Shown here: piece by piece, positions 12,171-25,279 of the stretch
How positions within the stretch are numbered: the first letter of the stretch is position 1
How the letters are laid out: each line of letters begins with the position of its first letter
NCBI GenBank assembly: GCA_964016885.1
Contig: OZ024753.1
Span: 5,332,001 to 5,396,000 of the forward strand
Direction: 5' to 3'
Origin: Eledone cirrhosa
Lineage: Eukaryota
DNA: 64,000 nucleotides
The notes under the pieces: model-generated
Seen by the model: the letters and a program-made list of their open reading frames with translations, nothing else
What the model was told of the DNA's origin: nothing
The model's database searches: none
Made by a program: the position numbers and the translations under genes

Positions 12171-12792
12171 AATAATAGTAATAATAGTAATAATAATAAA
12201 GATTTCTAACCTGGGACAGAGCCAGTAATTTTGAGAGGAAAGGTATGTAACTTTAATCAACATCTGTACACTTGACAGGTGTTTATTTTAACAACACCTG
12301 AAGGACGAAAATTAAATATTGTCTTTAAGAGTGCTTGAAATTAGAATGTACAAATATGTTAACTAAATACTGCTGACTAGGTATTTTATCTGGTATCCTA
12401 ATAAAAATAAGGATTTCTAATTTAGACACAGGCCAGCAATTTATGGCGAGGTAATCAATCATAACAACCCTAGTACATGACTGTGGAGTACGTTGCCTAG
12501 TGGTAAAGGTAATGAACTTATGATCATAATGTTGTGGGTCTGATTACTGGACTGGGTTGTGTGTTGTGTTCTTGAGCAAAATATCTAACCTCTATGGAGA
12601 ATATATATATACATATTTATATCTATATTTTTAACTGTTGGACAATCAACGATAAACATTGATTGCCAGCTAAATTAACTATAGGGATATAAAATATACA
12701 GAAGCAAAAACCAGCCCAAACCAAACAAATTCATCTCCAAATAATTCTTTTTAAATTATAAAACACCAAAAAAATAGCCAAGTAAGATATAC

Positions 12793-12930
12793 CTTTTTGC
12801 CTCGAGATATTTCAATTGCAAAATAGCCTTTTTGCAATTTCTCTTTATTAAGTTTATCTTCAATGGTTGCCCGTAATGCTTCTTTACAGAGTCGAAGAGG
12901 GAAGCAATATTTCATTCTTTCATCCCATCC
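12793..12930 (-). CDS. PIK3CB: PI3K exon 5 (linker/RBD start)
   Basis: cag|GWDERMKYCFPLRLCKEALRATIEDKLNKEKLQKGYFAIEISRGKK|gtatat; resembles p110delta GWEAWLQYSFPLQL. Confidence 0.85.
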
Positions 12931-13565
12931 CTGAAAGAAAAAAATAGAAATAAATATAATTAGAGGAAAGTCAGTGTCTTTGTCATATGAATAATGGTTT
13001 CAGATTTAGGCATAAGGCCAACAATTTTGGGGGAAGGGGGGAAAGTTGATTAAATTGACCCCAGTGTGTTACTGGTACTTTATTTTATCGACTCTGGAAG
13101 AAATGAAAGGCAAAGCTGACTTTAGTGGGATTTGAAATCAGAATGTAAAGGTCTTTATCTATATGTCGCAAAACATAGTGTTCAATGCTCTATTGATTAT
13201 TGGTACCACCCTTCATCTTTATCATAATATTGGTTTCTTATTTAGGCACAAAGCCAACAATTTTACGGATGGGGGTTTAAAGTCAATTAGATCGACCCCA
13301 GTATAAAGGAGTGATGCTAGAGCTGTGAAATCTTGCATGCATTACTTTCAACTCTTCTTATCAAAAACTGCATTGTTTCTTTCCAGATACTATGTTGAAA
13401 AATGAACATCATTTGATCATTACATGAGATTATCTCGATCAGCCTATGATCTTATCAGTCAACCCTCTTCATATACAACAGGTACCATACAATCTACACT
13501 TCACTTAAAGAGAAAATACTTGAAAACATTCAGAAAAGATAATAAAATAATATAGAAAATCTTAC

Positions 13566-13669
13566 CAAGGCATCTCTTTCTAAAACAATCTTATCACAGT
13601 AGGCCTTGATCCTAACTCGGAAATCTTCCACTTCATGAGATTGCAAATCTGCTAAATCGTAGCTTGGAA
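13566..13669 (-). CDS. PIK3CB: PI3K exon 4 (ABD-RBD linker)
   Basis: tag|(I)PSYDLADLQSHEVEDFRVRIKAYCDKIVLERDAL|gtaag; EVxDFR motif; 104 nt. Confidence 0.9.
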
Positions 13670-14068
13670 CTAATAATGAGGGTTAAAAAGAAGAAGAAAT
13701 AACAATTAAACACTCAATCGTTTCAATTCTTTCCATTTTCTCATTAAATAAGAAATAATCTCTAGAAAATAAACCACATTCACTGCTGCCATAGCATTCA
13801 AATCTAAGATAATTATATCTAATGAGATCCACTAATAAAAGTCTATTAAATTGATTCGTTAATTTTAATTCTCTTCTCTTTAATTGGAATATAAAGTGTT
13901 CTTTTGGATTGGCTTGTTTTGTTGTTTGTTTTTGTTTTGTTTTGTTTTATATCTACCTACCTATCAACACACACACAACACACGCAGACACACACATGTG
14001 CAGATACACACACATGCAGACACACACACACATGCAGACATACACATACACACACACACATATCTACC

Positions 14069-14109
<41 letters not shown>

Positions 14110-14636
14110 ATATGTGAAGATACACACACATGCAGACTGACACACGGATGGACACGATTCGACTTTTATTTATATAAACTAACCTAATATTGAATAGTTT
14201 AAGGCATTGAAACATGTGAATACACAAAACATGTGTGTACATATGTTTATGAACAAGTAAACTCTTTCTACATGCAGTCCTCAAGTCAAATTTTCATTTT
14301 CTTTTTCATTTTTCAACTTGCTATCCTCTATGATGAGTATGGGTTCTATGTAACCCTGATTTTGTAATTCTGTAGAAATTACCTGGCGAGACCGTCCTGT
14401 CTTGTATCATAACTGGATGATGGAGCTGGGCCATTGAAATATGTATAGGCATTTCACGGAATTAAAATTTACAACATATCTCCCAGTGTGGTCTTCTGTT
14501 GTCATTTTAAATACTTTACTCCGTTTCCTGTGCCAACCACAATGGATGACACCCGTAATGTTGAGTGCTTTGAAAATTTGTTGCATCATGATTTGCCTAC
14601 CAGAACTACTAGTTCTACAATTAACTGATAAATAAT

Positions 14637-14746
<110 letters not shown>

Positions 14747-14897
14747 ATATAGAGAGAGATAAAGATTTACACAGATTCACAATATGCTGTACAATATGTT
14801 TGAGAACCTCTGGCATAACACCAGAGATCTCGATCCTTTGACATTGTCTTTGAGAGGTGAAATTATGCAAGATAAAAACTCCCTAAGCTATACTCAC

Positions 14898-15030
14898 TTG
14901 AAATCAGAGAATTTATACGTCGCTCCAACGAGTAACGCCTTTCGTTGTTTAATTCTTTTTCTATAAGTTTGAGGAATGTTGCAGAGAGGTGAATTTCTGA
15001 TAGAGACTGACTTTCCCATAATACTTCTTC
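14898..15030 (-). CDS. PIK3CB: PI3K exon 3 (ABD end)
   Basis: cag|EEVLWESQSLSEIHLSATFLKLIEKELNNERRYSLERRINSLIS+A|gtgagt; 133 nt. Confidence 0.88.
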
Positions 15031-15529
15031 CTGTAAGAAAGTAATTAGAGAGAAAAAATATTCATTAGAAGATAATGACATAGAAAATATTCATACTGGA
15101 ACTCTTTATATAACAAATTTCAATTAAATTGTGTAATGTTTGTAACAAAAAATATAAATATTAAAAGTATGGGGAAGGTAGGAAGCAGTAAAGTCTACCC
15201 CCCTCCTCCAGTCTAGACAGTATATCTCAGCTGTGAGGGAGGGAGTGACAAACTCTACCCACAGTCGGTGGTATATCTAATGATGATGATAGTAAAATTT
15301 GAAAATAGTAAACATAATACAGACATTGGAAATGAAGAGCTTGAGAAGGTTGCTACACATTTTGTAGAGACACCTTTGCCAAACGTCAATTTAGGAAGGA
15401 ACCTGTCTTTGTTACAGTGAAAAGATGAAAACTTGCCTTATACTGACATTAATCCCATCATGGCTCCCTACCCAAAACTATTCTCCATGTTAGTAAGGTA
15501 GAGAGTCTATCCTTGACACTACATCACAG

Positions 15530-16170
15530 TTCAGTGGGAAGGTAGACAATGTCAAACCAGATATCACAGTCCAGTGATAGTGTCTACTAGTAAGGTAGAT
15601 AGTGTCTACCAGACATACTACATCACAGTACAGTGGTTAGTAAGGTATATAGTGTCTACCAGACATACTACATCACAGTACAGTGGTTAGTAAGGTATAT
15701 AGTGTCTACGAGACATACTACATCACAGCTCAATAGTTAGTAAGGTAGTGTCCCCCAGACACCCTACATCACAGTTCAATGGTTAGTAAGGTAGACAATG
15801 CCCACCATACCCTACATCCAGTGGTTAGTAAGGTAGATAGTGTCTCCTAGACCAGCGGTTGCCAACCTTTCAGACTTCACGGACCACTAAATTCATAATT
15901 TTAAATCCCGTGGACCACTAATATGAATTTTTAAAAAAAGATAAATACATTAAAATTTTTCTGCAGACCACCAAAATTTTCCCTTGGGCCACTGGTGGTC
16001 GGCAGACCACCAGTTGGCGACCACTGGCCCAGACACCCTACATCACCGTACAGTGGTTAGTAAGGTTGACAGTCTACTCCCCACATTACCTATATCACAG
16101 TTGGGTTGTTAGTAAGGTAGACAGTGTCCCCCACCCATCCATATCATAGTTCAGTGGTTAGTAAGGTACA
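15530..16170. repeat. ~50-bp minisatellite interrupted by a hAT MITE
   Basis: gttagtaaggtagatagtgtctaccagacatactacatcacagtacagtg units. Confidence 0.85.
15853..16026. mobile_element. hAT (Charlie-like) MITE
   Basis: CAGCGGTTGCCAAC...GTTGGCGACCACTG TIRs; degenerate 8-bp TSD tcctagac/gcccagac; sister copy at 35689-35845. Confidence 0.8.
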
Positions 16171-16193
16171 AAACAAACAAAATATTAACCAAC

Positions 16194-16289
16194 CTTTTTG
16201 CCTTGGTTATTAATATACTGGAATACATAATCCTCATAGTTCCGAAGTAGAGAGTAAAGTGGTTGTTTTGTTGCTTCTATCCATAAATC
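16194..16289 (-). CDS. PIK3CB: PI3K exon 2 (ABD)
   Basis: cag|DLWIEATKQPLYSLLRNYEDYVFQYINNQGKK|gttggt; 96 nt, phase 0/0. Confidence 0.88.
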
Positions 16290-17209
16290 CTGTTTAAAGA
16301 GAGAGAAAGAAAAATATTAAATTCCTATGGGTGTATCTGTTGGTGTCTGTGTTTATGTCTACACCACTTAACAACCAGGGCTGCTTGCTTAAGTCCTCTA
16401 ACTTAACTGTCTGACAAACCAATATAAATCAAATAAGTACATTACTGTACCCAGTACACTCTGTAAAGAGATTGGCAAATTATGGGAGATAAAATAGGGT
16501 TAAGAAAACCCTTTAGTAGTGCCAATGACATGTCATGATAAAATATACTCAGCACACTCCGTAAAGAGGTTGGAAAATTATGAGAGATAAAATAGGGTTG
16601 AGAGGACTCTTTAGTAGTGTCAATGACATGACAATGTCTCTAGTGCACCCAGTACACTCTGTAAAACACTACAAGAAGTTGTCGGACAAAACTATTATTT
16701 TGTATGAATAGAAATAAACATACACATACACAGAGAAGTCGAACTCCCACTGTCATCAACTCTGTCTCTCTCGCCCTCCCCAACACAGGCCAGCTTGGAA
16801 AGACAATGTAAAATGATGATAATGATGATGGTTATAATGATGATTATGAGTGGAGAGGAGAAAGAGGGAGTAATGTAGGAATGAATAAAGGAGTACAGTG
16901 ATGAGAATAGTACTAAAGCGTGATGGTAGTGGGAGGGGTCGAGTATGAATGGGCTAAAGAGCCACATCCTGATACAGGGTTGTGGTACAGAGGAGATGCA
17001 TTAGATAAGGGGAAAAGGATATATAAGTGGTTACATGAAATAATAATCAAAGGTATTTAGACAAATATTAACACTTGAGAACAAAAGGTTTTGTATTATA
17101 GAACCAATGCTGATTTCAGGAAGTTTGATATCAAAAGAGTTAACCCTTCAGCATTTAAACCGGCCCTATCCGGCCAGAATTCTCTCACCTCTTTCTGTTG
17201 AAACCGGCC

Positions 17210-17510
17210 ATAACCCCCACACCCCCACTACCACCACCACTACTACCACTATTAACAACAACACCACCACCTCAACACTACCACCACCATACCACCACTA
17301 TTAACAATAACAACACCACCACTACCACACCACCACCACCACTACCACACGACCACCACCATACCATTACTACCACCACACCACCATTACTACCACCATA
17401 CCACTACTACCACCACACCATCACCACCACCATACTGCTATTACCACCATACCACCACAACACCACCACACCACTACCACCATACCGCCACCACCATTAA
17501 CAACAACACT
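17210..17510. repeat. (CAC/ACC)n low-complexity tract
   Basis: Degenerate trinucleotide repeat. Confidence 0.85.
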
Positions 17511-17814
17511 ATATAAAACATTAAAATGAAGAACTATGAACTAGTAAACAAGTCTTAGTAATTTAGTCGATATCATTTTCTAGTATTTCTCACAGTTAGT
17601 AATTAGATAGTCAGTCTTCACTAAATTACCTACTCCACTTATGGTTGGATGGCTGTGTCTGCAGGGAAGTGTGTTCATGTTATTCATATTATTAGTATTA
17701 CACTCTGCTTAGTGTAACACCAATATACCTACTGAAAACTACACATCGAGTGCTCACTCTACAGTAACTGGACGTTACAGTCCCTATATATATTTATATA
17801 TATATATTTATATA

Positions 17815-18177
17815 TACGAGGGCAATCCCAAAAGTAAGGTCTCCTTCCGATATTGCAACTTTTCCGTTAAAATCCTGTGGATGATGCTTCGGGAAACCTC
17901 AGGAACCAAAATTCAGAGAGCATCCAGAGTGATCCACCGATCTTTACGCATGTTTTCCTCGGAAGGAGACCTTACTTTTGGTATTGCCCTCTTATATAAT
18001 AACTGCACAAAATTCGCACTTGGCGATAGCATTCAACGGGAGCTCCATTCTCAACGGCTGCCAAGCCAAGATTCAGCATCCCAGCAAAGCGCGCGCATGC
18101 TTGTTTGGGAGTGAAGGAAGCACCAATCACAACAATGTTGCCAACAGCCGTACAAACAGTTTCTCTGCGTCCCCATC
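17815..18177 (-). mobile_element. Mariner MITE (17815-17994) plus adjacent mariner 5' fragment
   Basis: TIRs TACGAGGGCAATCCCAAAAGTAAGGTCTCCTTCCGA; minus-strand MELPLNAIAKCEFCAVI resembles a mariner transposase N-terminus. Confidence 0.7.
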
Positions 18178-18470
18178 GCTTTGGACCATTGATGAGGAGT
18201 TTGCAGATCCAGTATCCAAAATACACCTTCAGCTTCATACCCATCATTATTGGAGTTACAGGTTATATACCAACCCGCTTGGAGCAAAGTATGACTGAAC
18301 TTGGATTTGTGGACAAAGAGCACAGCTCCCTAATTCATAGACTACAAATGGCTGCAATATCTGGCACCTTCAAAATTTGCAAAACATTTTTTCAATTCAA
18401 GGGATGACAATTTTTTCTTTTACAACCTTGCCACCAGGAAGGTGACCGGTCAAAAATTAAGAGAAAGAGA
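18178..18470 (+). mobile_element. 3' end of an RLE-type non-LTR retrotransposon
   Basis: FGPLMRSLQIQYPKYTFSFIPIIIGVTGYIP...SGTFKICKTFFQF*. Confidence 0.65.
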
Positions 18471-19305
18471 AACATACGTACATACATACACACACACACA
18501 CACTTATGCAAGTGTTGCTACTGTATTAACAAACAACTGGTCATTCAACTGTAGACACTAATATATAAAAGTCAATGACATCAGTTAATCAAGTGATACT
18601 ACTGTGTATATCTCCCAGGCTTCTTTAAGCATGAGGGAGACTATAGCTGAGAGTTCCAAACACTGCCTTTGATTTCCTATTAATTTTAAATGTAGACGCA
18701 ATATGGTTCTATTATAATCTATTTTCAGATCAAACAGAGCTTTTAAACCATCACTCCCAATTGACTAACAATAATAAACTCAATGTCTAATTGGCATTAA
18801 GCTTACAGTCAGCTGATACAGAACTATAAATACCAATACCAAATATACTCAAATATATACTCGAATGTTAGGCGGCGAATTAACAGAGTTGTTAGAACAT
18901 CGGATAAAATGCTTTATGGTATTCGTTCCAACTCTGGCAGGTGATCATGTCTCGCTTATACAGAACTGATTTTGGTTTAGTTTCTACAGCTGGATGCCCT
19001 TCCTAACACCAACCACATTTACAGTGTGGACTGGGTGCTTTTTGCCCTATAGCCATCACAACCACTTTACAGTGTGGGTACACTCTATACACACAATATA
19101 TGATGATGTCCAAGGAAAAGGCAATGGCTGATGCAGCTTGGCACCAGTGATGTTGCAATTCAATTCTACAGCTGAGTAAACTGGAGCAACATGAAATAAT
19201 ATGTCTTGCTCAAGGACACAACGCATCACCCAGTTCAGGATTAAACTCACAATCCACCTGATTGCAATGATGAAAGAAATTTTAACAACAAACTATTGTC
19301 CTTAC

Positions 19306-19446
19306 CTGTTTAATTTTTTCAAATGTAGCACAGTAGAAGTCTACATTCATTGTAATGAGGATCCCATTTGGCATGAGAAAGTCGAAAGAAATATTTCCCT
19401 TGTTATCGACGACCGAAGACACGTCAGGCACAAGCACCACAACCAT
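19306..19446 (-). CDS. PIK3CB: Class IA PI3K catalytic subunit (p110beta/delta-like), coding exon 1, start of adaptor-binding domain
   Basis: GCC-ATG-G at 19446; MVVVLVPDVSSVVDNKGNISFDFLMPNGILITMNVDFYCATFEKIKQ|gtaag matches the ABD motif DFLLPTG...TIKQ. An acceptor at 19473-19474 implies an upstream non-coding exon. Symbol tentative (CB/CD-like). Confidence 0.85.
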
Positions 19447-20060
19447 GGCGACATGCAGTCAGGCACACTTCACTGAAAAATAATGAAAACATATTTAATT
19501 CTTAACGTCCTCTACCACATAAAACAGCATTAACAAGATAGGTGGCACGATAGCAGTGACTAGCAAATCTTACTCTCCTTTTACATACAATGACAGATAT
19601 GCATTGGTGGCTGGCATATATTTCTTTCAAAGTCAGATGTCACCAGCTTATGTTCTGAATGCGACAAAGTAGGCGAGTGTAAGTGCCATCAAGGCACTTA
19701 AATCCCAAGGTTAGCTTTGCCTTTCATCCTTACAGTGTCAATAAAATAAAGTACCTGTAATGCACTGGAGTCAATTTAATCAACTTTCCCCTCCCCTAAA
19801 GTTTAAAATCAGAAACCATTATTATTATCATTATTATTTGCCTTTCATCCTTACAGGGTCGATAAAATAAAGTACCAGTAATGCACCAGTGTTGATTTAA
19901 TCGCATTCCTCCTCCCACCAAAAAATTGCTGGCCTTATGCCTAAATCAGAAACCATAGTATGAGTAATAATTATTTCTACTTTTGGGTCAAGGCCAGCAA
20001 TTACCCAGTGCATAAGATCAAACTAACAATAAAAGACAGTTTTTATTTCATAATACAAAT

Positions 20061-20763
20061 ACACCTCTCCAAGACAATGTCACTGGACCGAGACCTTTGG
20101 CGGTACTCAGTAATAGAGAAGACCCGCCTTACCTAAATACAAAGTAAAAACCTACTACAGTCAGTAGGCATCTCTATCAAAACACCCCCCCCCCCCGTCC
20201 CACCACCTCCACCCCATCCACACCGCCCCTTTCAATGTAAAGTTATGTTGGTCCCACAACATCCAGGCCGAAACAAATGAGATTGTGTAGGTGTCACGAC
20301 AAAAAAACACACAGTCCACGCTGTAAATGTGGCCGTGTAGGCAACACGGTAAAAACCTCCCAGCCCCACACTGTAAATGTGGTTGGTGTTAGGAAGGGCA
20401 TCCAGCTGTAGAAAACCCGCCAGACAGTCCACGCTGTAATGTGGCCGTGTAGGCAACACGGTAAAAACCTCCCAGCCCCACACTGTAAATGTGGTTGGTG
20501 TTAGGAAGGGCATCCAGCTGTAGAAAACCCGCCAGACAGTCCACGCTGTAATGTGGCCGTGTAGGCAACACGGTAAAAACCTCCCAGCCCCACACTGTAA
20601 ATGTGGTTGGTGTTAGGAAGGGCATCCAACTGTAGAAAACCCGCCAGACTGTCCTATGCGAGCAAGACAACCACTCTTGCCTCAAGTGGGAAAACCCCCG
20701 TCCAAACCCATGCAAGCGTGGAACACGGACGCTAAACCTGATGATGATGATGATGATGATGAT
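20061..20763 (+). mobile_element. 3' end/UTR of the RTE LINE family, with a triplicated ~119-bp unit and (GAT)n tail
   Basis: Colinear with the reverse complement of 28339-28812; unit repeated three times at 20312-20650. Confidence 0.85.
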
Positions 20764-20998
20764 AGGTGAGTACAATATTTTTTTTTTCTTGTCTTTGTTT
20801 ACACACTGTTTGTTTTCTTTGTTGAGGTACTATTTTGTGTTAGCCGTGAATGTATGACATGTATTTGTATACTTTTAGACCAATTAAATATTAACATTTA
20901 TATTATATATGTGTCTTTATAATGTATCAAGCCAGTCTAACAATTACATCAAGGTGGTGAATGATTATCACTAAGACAAATTCTAGAACTGGGACACA

Positions 20999-21068
<70 letters not shown>

Positions 21069-21100
21069 AGATCAAAAGATGGTTAAAGGAGTTCCATGTA

Positions 21101-21167
21101 TTTTATTATGCGCATTTCAAAAACAAACATCATCATGCAATAATATTTGTGTTTTCATCAGATAAAA
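21101..21167 (-). ncRNA. Type I hammerhead ribozyme motif
   Basis: UUUUAU-CUGAUGA-[16-bp stem II]-GAAA-UGCGCA-UA-AUAAAA. Confidence 0.75.
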
Positions 21168-21251
21168 CAGGAGAACATGATATGAAGGCTAAAAAACACT
21201 TGTGGATAGTGCAGTTTTAAATCAACATATAAACTTTAATCTGTTATTTTA

Positions 21252-21289
<38 letters not shown>

Positions 21290-22877
21290 TAAAATAACAG
21301 ATTAAAGTTTATATATGTACACACATATGTATATACACACATACATATATACACACATATGTATATACACATATACATATATACACATATATATGCACAT
21401 ATATATATATATACATATATACACATATTCATATATACACATATATATATATATACATATAAACATATATATATACATCGAGCCCTCTTTGGATTTTAGT
21501 CTTCAAATTTATTATTATTACTATATATATATATATATATATATATCATCATCATCATTTAACGTCTATCTTCCATGCTAGCATGGGTTAGACGGGAATT
21601 GTCCCACTTGAGGCAAGATTGGTCGGGTGACCATGTCTCGCTCGTATAGGTCTATCTGGCAAGTTTTCTACAGCTGGATGCCCTTCCTAACACCAACAAC
21701 ATTTACAGTGTGGACTGGGAGCTTTTTATCATGTTACCTACACGACTGTAATATATATATATATACACACACACACATAAATATATATATACACATATAT
21801 ATACACACGTACACACATGTATATACACATACATATATACACATATACATATAAACACATACATATATACACATATACACATACATATATACACATATAC
21901 ACGTAGATATATACACATACACATATATATATACACACACATATATATATGCACATATATATATATATATATACACATATACATATATACACATATATAT
22001 ATATACATATACACATATATATATACATGGAGGCACATGGCTTAGTGGTTAGAGCAATGGACTTGCAATCGAAAGGTTGTGAGTTCAATTCTCAGACCGA
22101 GTGATGTGTTGTTTCCTTGAGCAAGACACTTTATTTCACATTGCTCCAGTTTACTCAGCTGTAGAAATGACATTCCACTGCAAAGTGGTCGTGGAGGTTC
22201 CACGGCAAAAAAGCACCCAGCACTCATTGGTATGGACATGTGATGCGTATGAAGGATAACAGCGGCATCAAAAGGTGCAGAATGCTCAAAGTCAATGGAA
22301 GGTGATCTTCCTCAATTGCACTTCTCAAAGGCAAGGACACAGGACTGAGATCTATGGCGTTACGCAGTAATACAGAAGAACCGGCTTCCTATGGGCACAG
22401 GCCAGAACTGAAGCATGTACACAGTATGTCCTAACCACCCCCTTCCATACATCCCCCATGAGGACAGGCCGAAGTATGCATCCAGTGAAGCCCCAAGCCC
22501 ACATTGTAAAGTGGTTGCGATGATGACACTGCAAAAAGTGCCCAGTCCACACTGTAAAGTGTAAGCACCCAGTTTCAATCAGAAATACTGGAGGTAATGT
22601 TTCGTCCCTCTGCATTTATCTTCTGGATCATATGCATATAGATATACACTTACATATAAACACTCACTAAACCAAATATCTAAACACACCACATACAACC
22701 AATCCACTCAACAAAAAAGATACTCTCATGAAAGAAATTCTTTACAATTGGATAAACAATGTAAGCCCTTATTTGGACAAATGATATCTCCAAGTGAGTT
22801 AACCACCAATGCCTTTAGCATTCAGTCTGGAACTAGCTGTTGAAACAGCAAAAGCTCAGTCGTCGGGGTCCCTGCTC

Positions 22878-22915
<38 letters not shown>

Positions 22916-23180
22916 TCACCATCATCATCATCATCACCATTTTACGTCCATTCTTCCACACTAGCATGGATTAGACGAGTTGTCCTGTTGCGAGCAATGC
23001 TAGGTCAGGTAACCATGTCTTGCTTATACAGAACTGATTTGGGCTTGGTTTCTACAGCTGGATGCCCTTCCTAACACCAACCACATTTACAGTGAGTATT
23101 GGGTGCTTTTTGTTGTGTCACTTACATGACCACTTAACAGTGTGGACTGGGTGCTTTTTGTCATAACACCTACACAACCA

Positions 23181-23209
<29 letters not shown>

Positions 23210-23213
<4 letters not shown>

Positions 23214-23313
23214 GGTGTCCTAAAAAATGTATACACACTTTGATTACCTGTACAGGCAATATTTATTAGAATGCTGTTGAAGTGTGTATACCTTTTTTAG
23301 AACACCCTGTGTA
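23210..23313. mobile_element. Small Tc1/mariner MITE in a (TA)n tract
   Basis: GGGTGTCCTAAAAAATGTATACACACTT / AAGTGTGTATACCTTTTTTAGAACACCC inverted ends. Confidence 0.6.
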
Positions 23314-24009
23314 TATATATATATATATATATATACATACATAAAATGGCCAACGATGATGATGATGACACTTGAAAATGTATAAAGGAATATTTTTAGT
23401 TGAATAGTTTACTTCTTACTGGACTGTCTTTTTGAAAAATTGGGCCCGTTTTTTTATATAGAGCACTTGTTGTCTCTCACTTCTCTCTCTCACCCCACCC
23501 CCCTCTCTCTCACCCCACCCCCTCTCTCTCTCTCATCCCACCCTCTCTCTCTCTATAATATTATTCTTATTGTTAACATCAATTGTTGTTACTACACAGC
23601 TGGGAAGTTGACAACACCAGGCACCAAGTTAGATAAAACTGTAGGAGTGTACCAACATTTCCTGGAAACCAATTACAAATCACATCGCCATCCCCACTGA
23701 CAGTCTTGTGTTGAAGAGAGAGATAGGGTGTGGGAGGTAGGAAGGGGGAGGGGAGAATAGATGGGAGAGTGTGGAGAGAGGGGAAGAGGGGGGTTGAGAG
23801 TGAGAATGAAAGAGAAAAGCTGAATCAAACCCCAGTACTGGACAGGGACTTTATTTATTGACAGCCCCCCCCCCCATCCTCTGAAAGGATGAAAGATAAA
23901 AGTTGATCTCAGCATGATTTGAACTCAGGATGTAGAGAGCAAGAACAAATACTATCAAACCTTCTATCCAACCGTTCTAAGGATTCTGCAAATTTGCAGC
24001 CTCTCGCGC

Positions 24010-24285
24010 ACATAATGAACACATACTTACAACCATATTAACCACATACATCACACACAATAAACACATACTTACAACCATATTAATCACATACATCACA
24101 CACAATAAACACATACTTACAAACATATTAACTACATACATCACACACAATAAACACATACTTACAACCATATTAATCACATACATCACACACAATAAAC
24201 ACATACTTACAACCATATTAATCACATACATCACACACAATAAACACATACTTACAAACATATTAACTACATACATCACACACAC
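24010..24285. repeat. 45-bp minisatellite, ~6 copies
   Basis: taaacacatacttacaaccatattaatcacatacatcacacacaa units. Confidence 0.9.
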
Positions 24286-24518
24286 GATGGTTTCTGATTT
24301 AGGCACAAAGCCAACAATTTTTGGAGAGAGGGGAAAATCGATTAAATCGACCCGAGTGTGTTACTGGTACTTTATTTTATCGACCTCATAAAGATGAAAG
24401 GCAAAGCTAACCTCAGCGGGATTTGAACTCAGAATGTAAAGGGCCATAACTCTATGCTGCAAAGTATGGTGTCTGACGCTCTACTGATTACTGCCAATCC
24501 AACACACATAATAAACAC

Positions 24519-24833
24519 ACAAAGTGGAACCTCAGTTCATGAACAGCTCTCATCACAAACAAGTTTTCCGAACATAAAACATCTCAGTCCATGAATGGTG
24601 TCTCGAATAACAAACACACCAGCTGGCAATAACAGTTGGCGACAAGCAGGGAGTATTGGCAGGAAAGCATCACTTGCTATGTAGTTAGTTATTATGGTGA
24701 TATCTATTTGTCTTTCACGCTGTATTTCTCTCTCAACATTTTGTATAGGAAAAATAGTTTGGGTTTACGACAATTTCACATGACAAACAGCCTTCAGGTA
24801 CGAATTAAGTTTGTGAACAGAGGTTCCACTGTA
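24519..24833. mobile_element. Tigger-like MITE
   Basis: AGTGGAACCTCAGTTCATGAAC ... TGTGAACAGAGGTTCCACTGTA. Confidence 0.6.
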
Positions 24834-25279
24834 CTTACAAACAAACATATTAACCATATCTATCACACTATTCTCTGAGGACCAGCAAAGGTCGCTGACA
24901 TTGTCCTGCCTATCGTAAATACTTTGTAACAATATATACATACAAGTAAATATATATGATATATCTATGTATATGCACATAGATATATCATATATATGAA
25001 AATGGACGTGTGATGATGATGTTGATGATGTACACACTCACATATACACACACACACACATATAGACAGACAGACAGACAAACAGAAAGATATTTGTTTT
25101 GTTCTTAAACGAAGTGTTAAATGTTAATGACACCAACTATGATTATTTAGTGTTCTGTGTAAGATGTCTTGGTACATTTCTGGTGTATTATATTTCTTAG
25201 AAAAGAATTCTATTTAACATGTTAATTACCACATTTCTTTCAAAAAAAAACAACAACACTGCCTCGGATTTTCAACAAC

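Noticed and set aside
22028-22100. tRNA gene candidate
   Set aside because: It is the tRNA-derived head of a SINE and continues directly into the SINE core.
23977-24306. Hydrophobic repeat ORF (MCLLCVMYVINMVVS)n
   Set aside because: Translation of a 45-bp minisatellite abutting a SINE; no splice or homology support.
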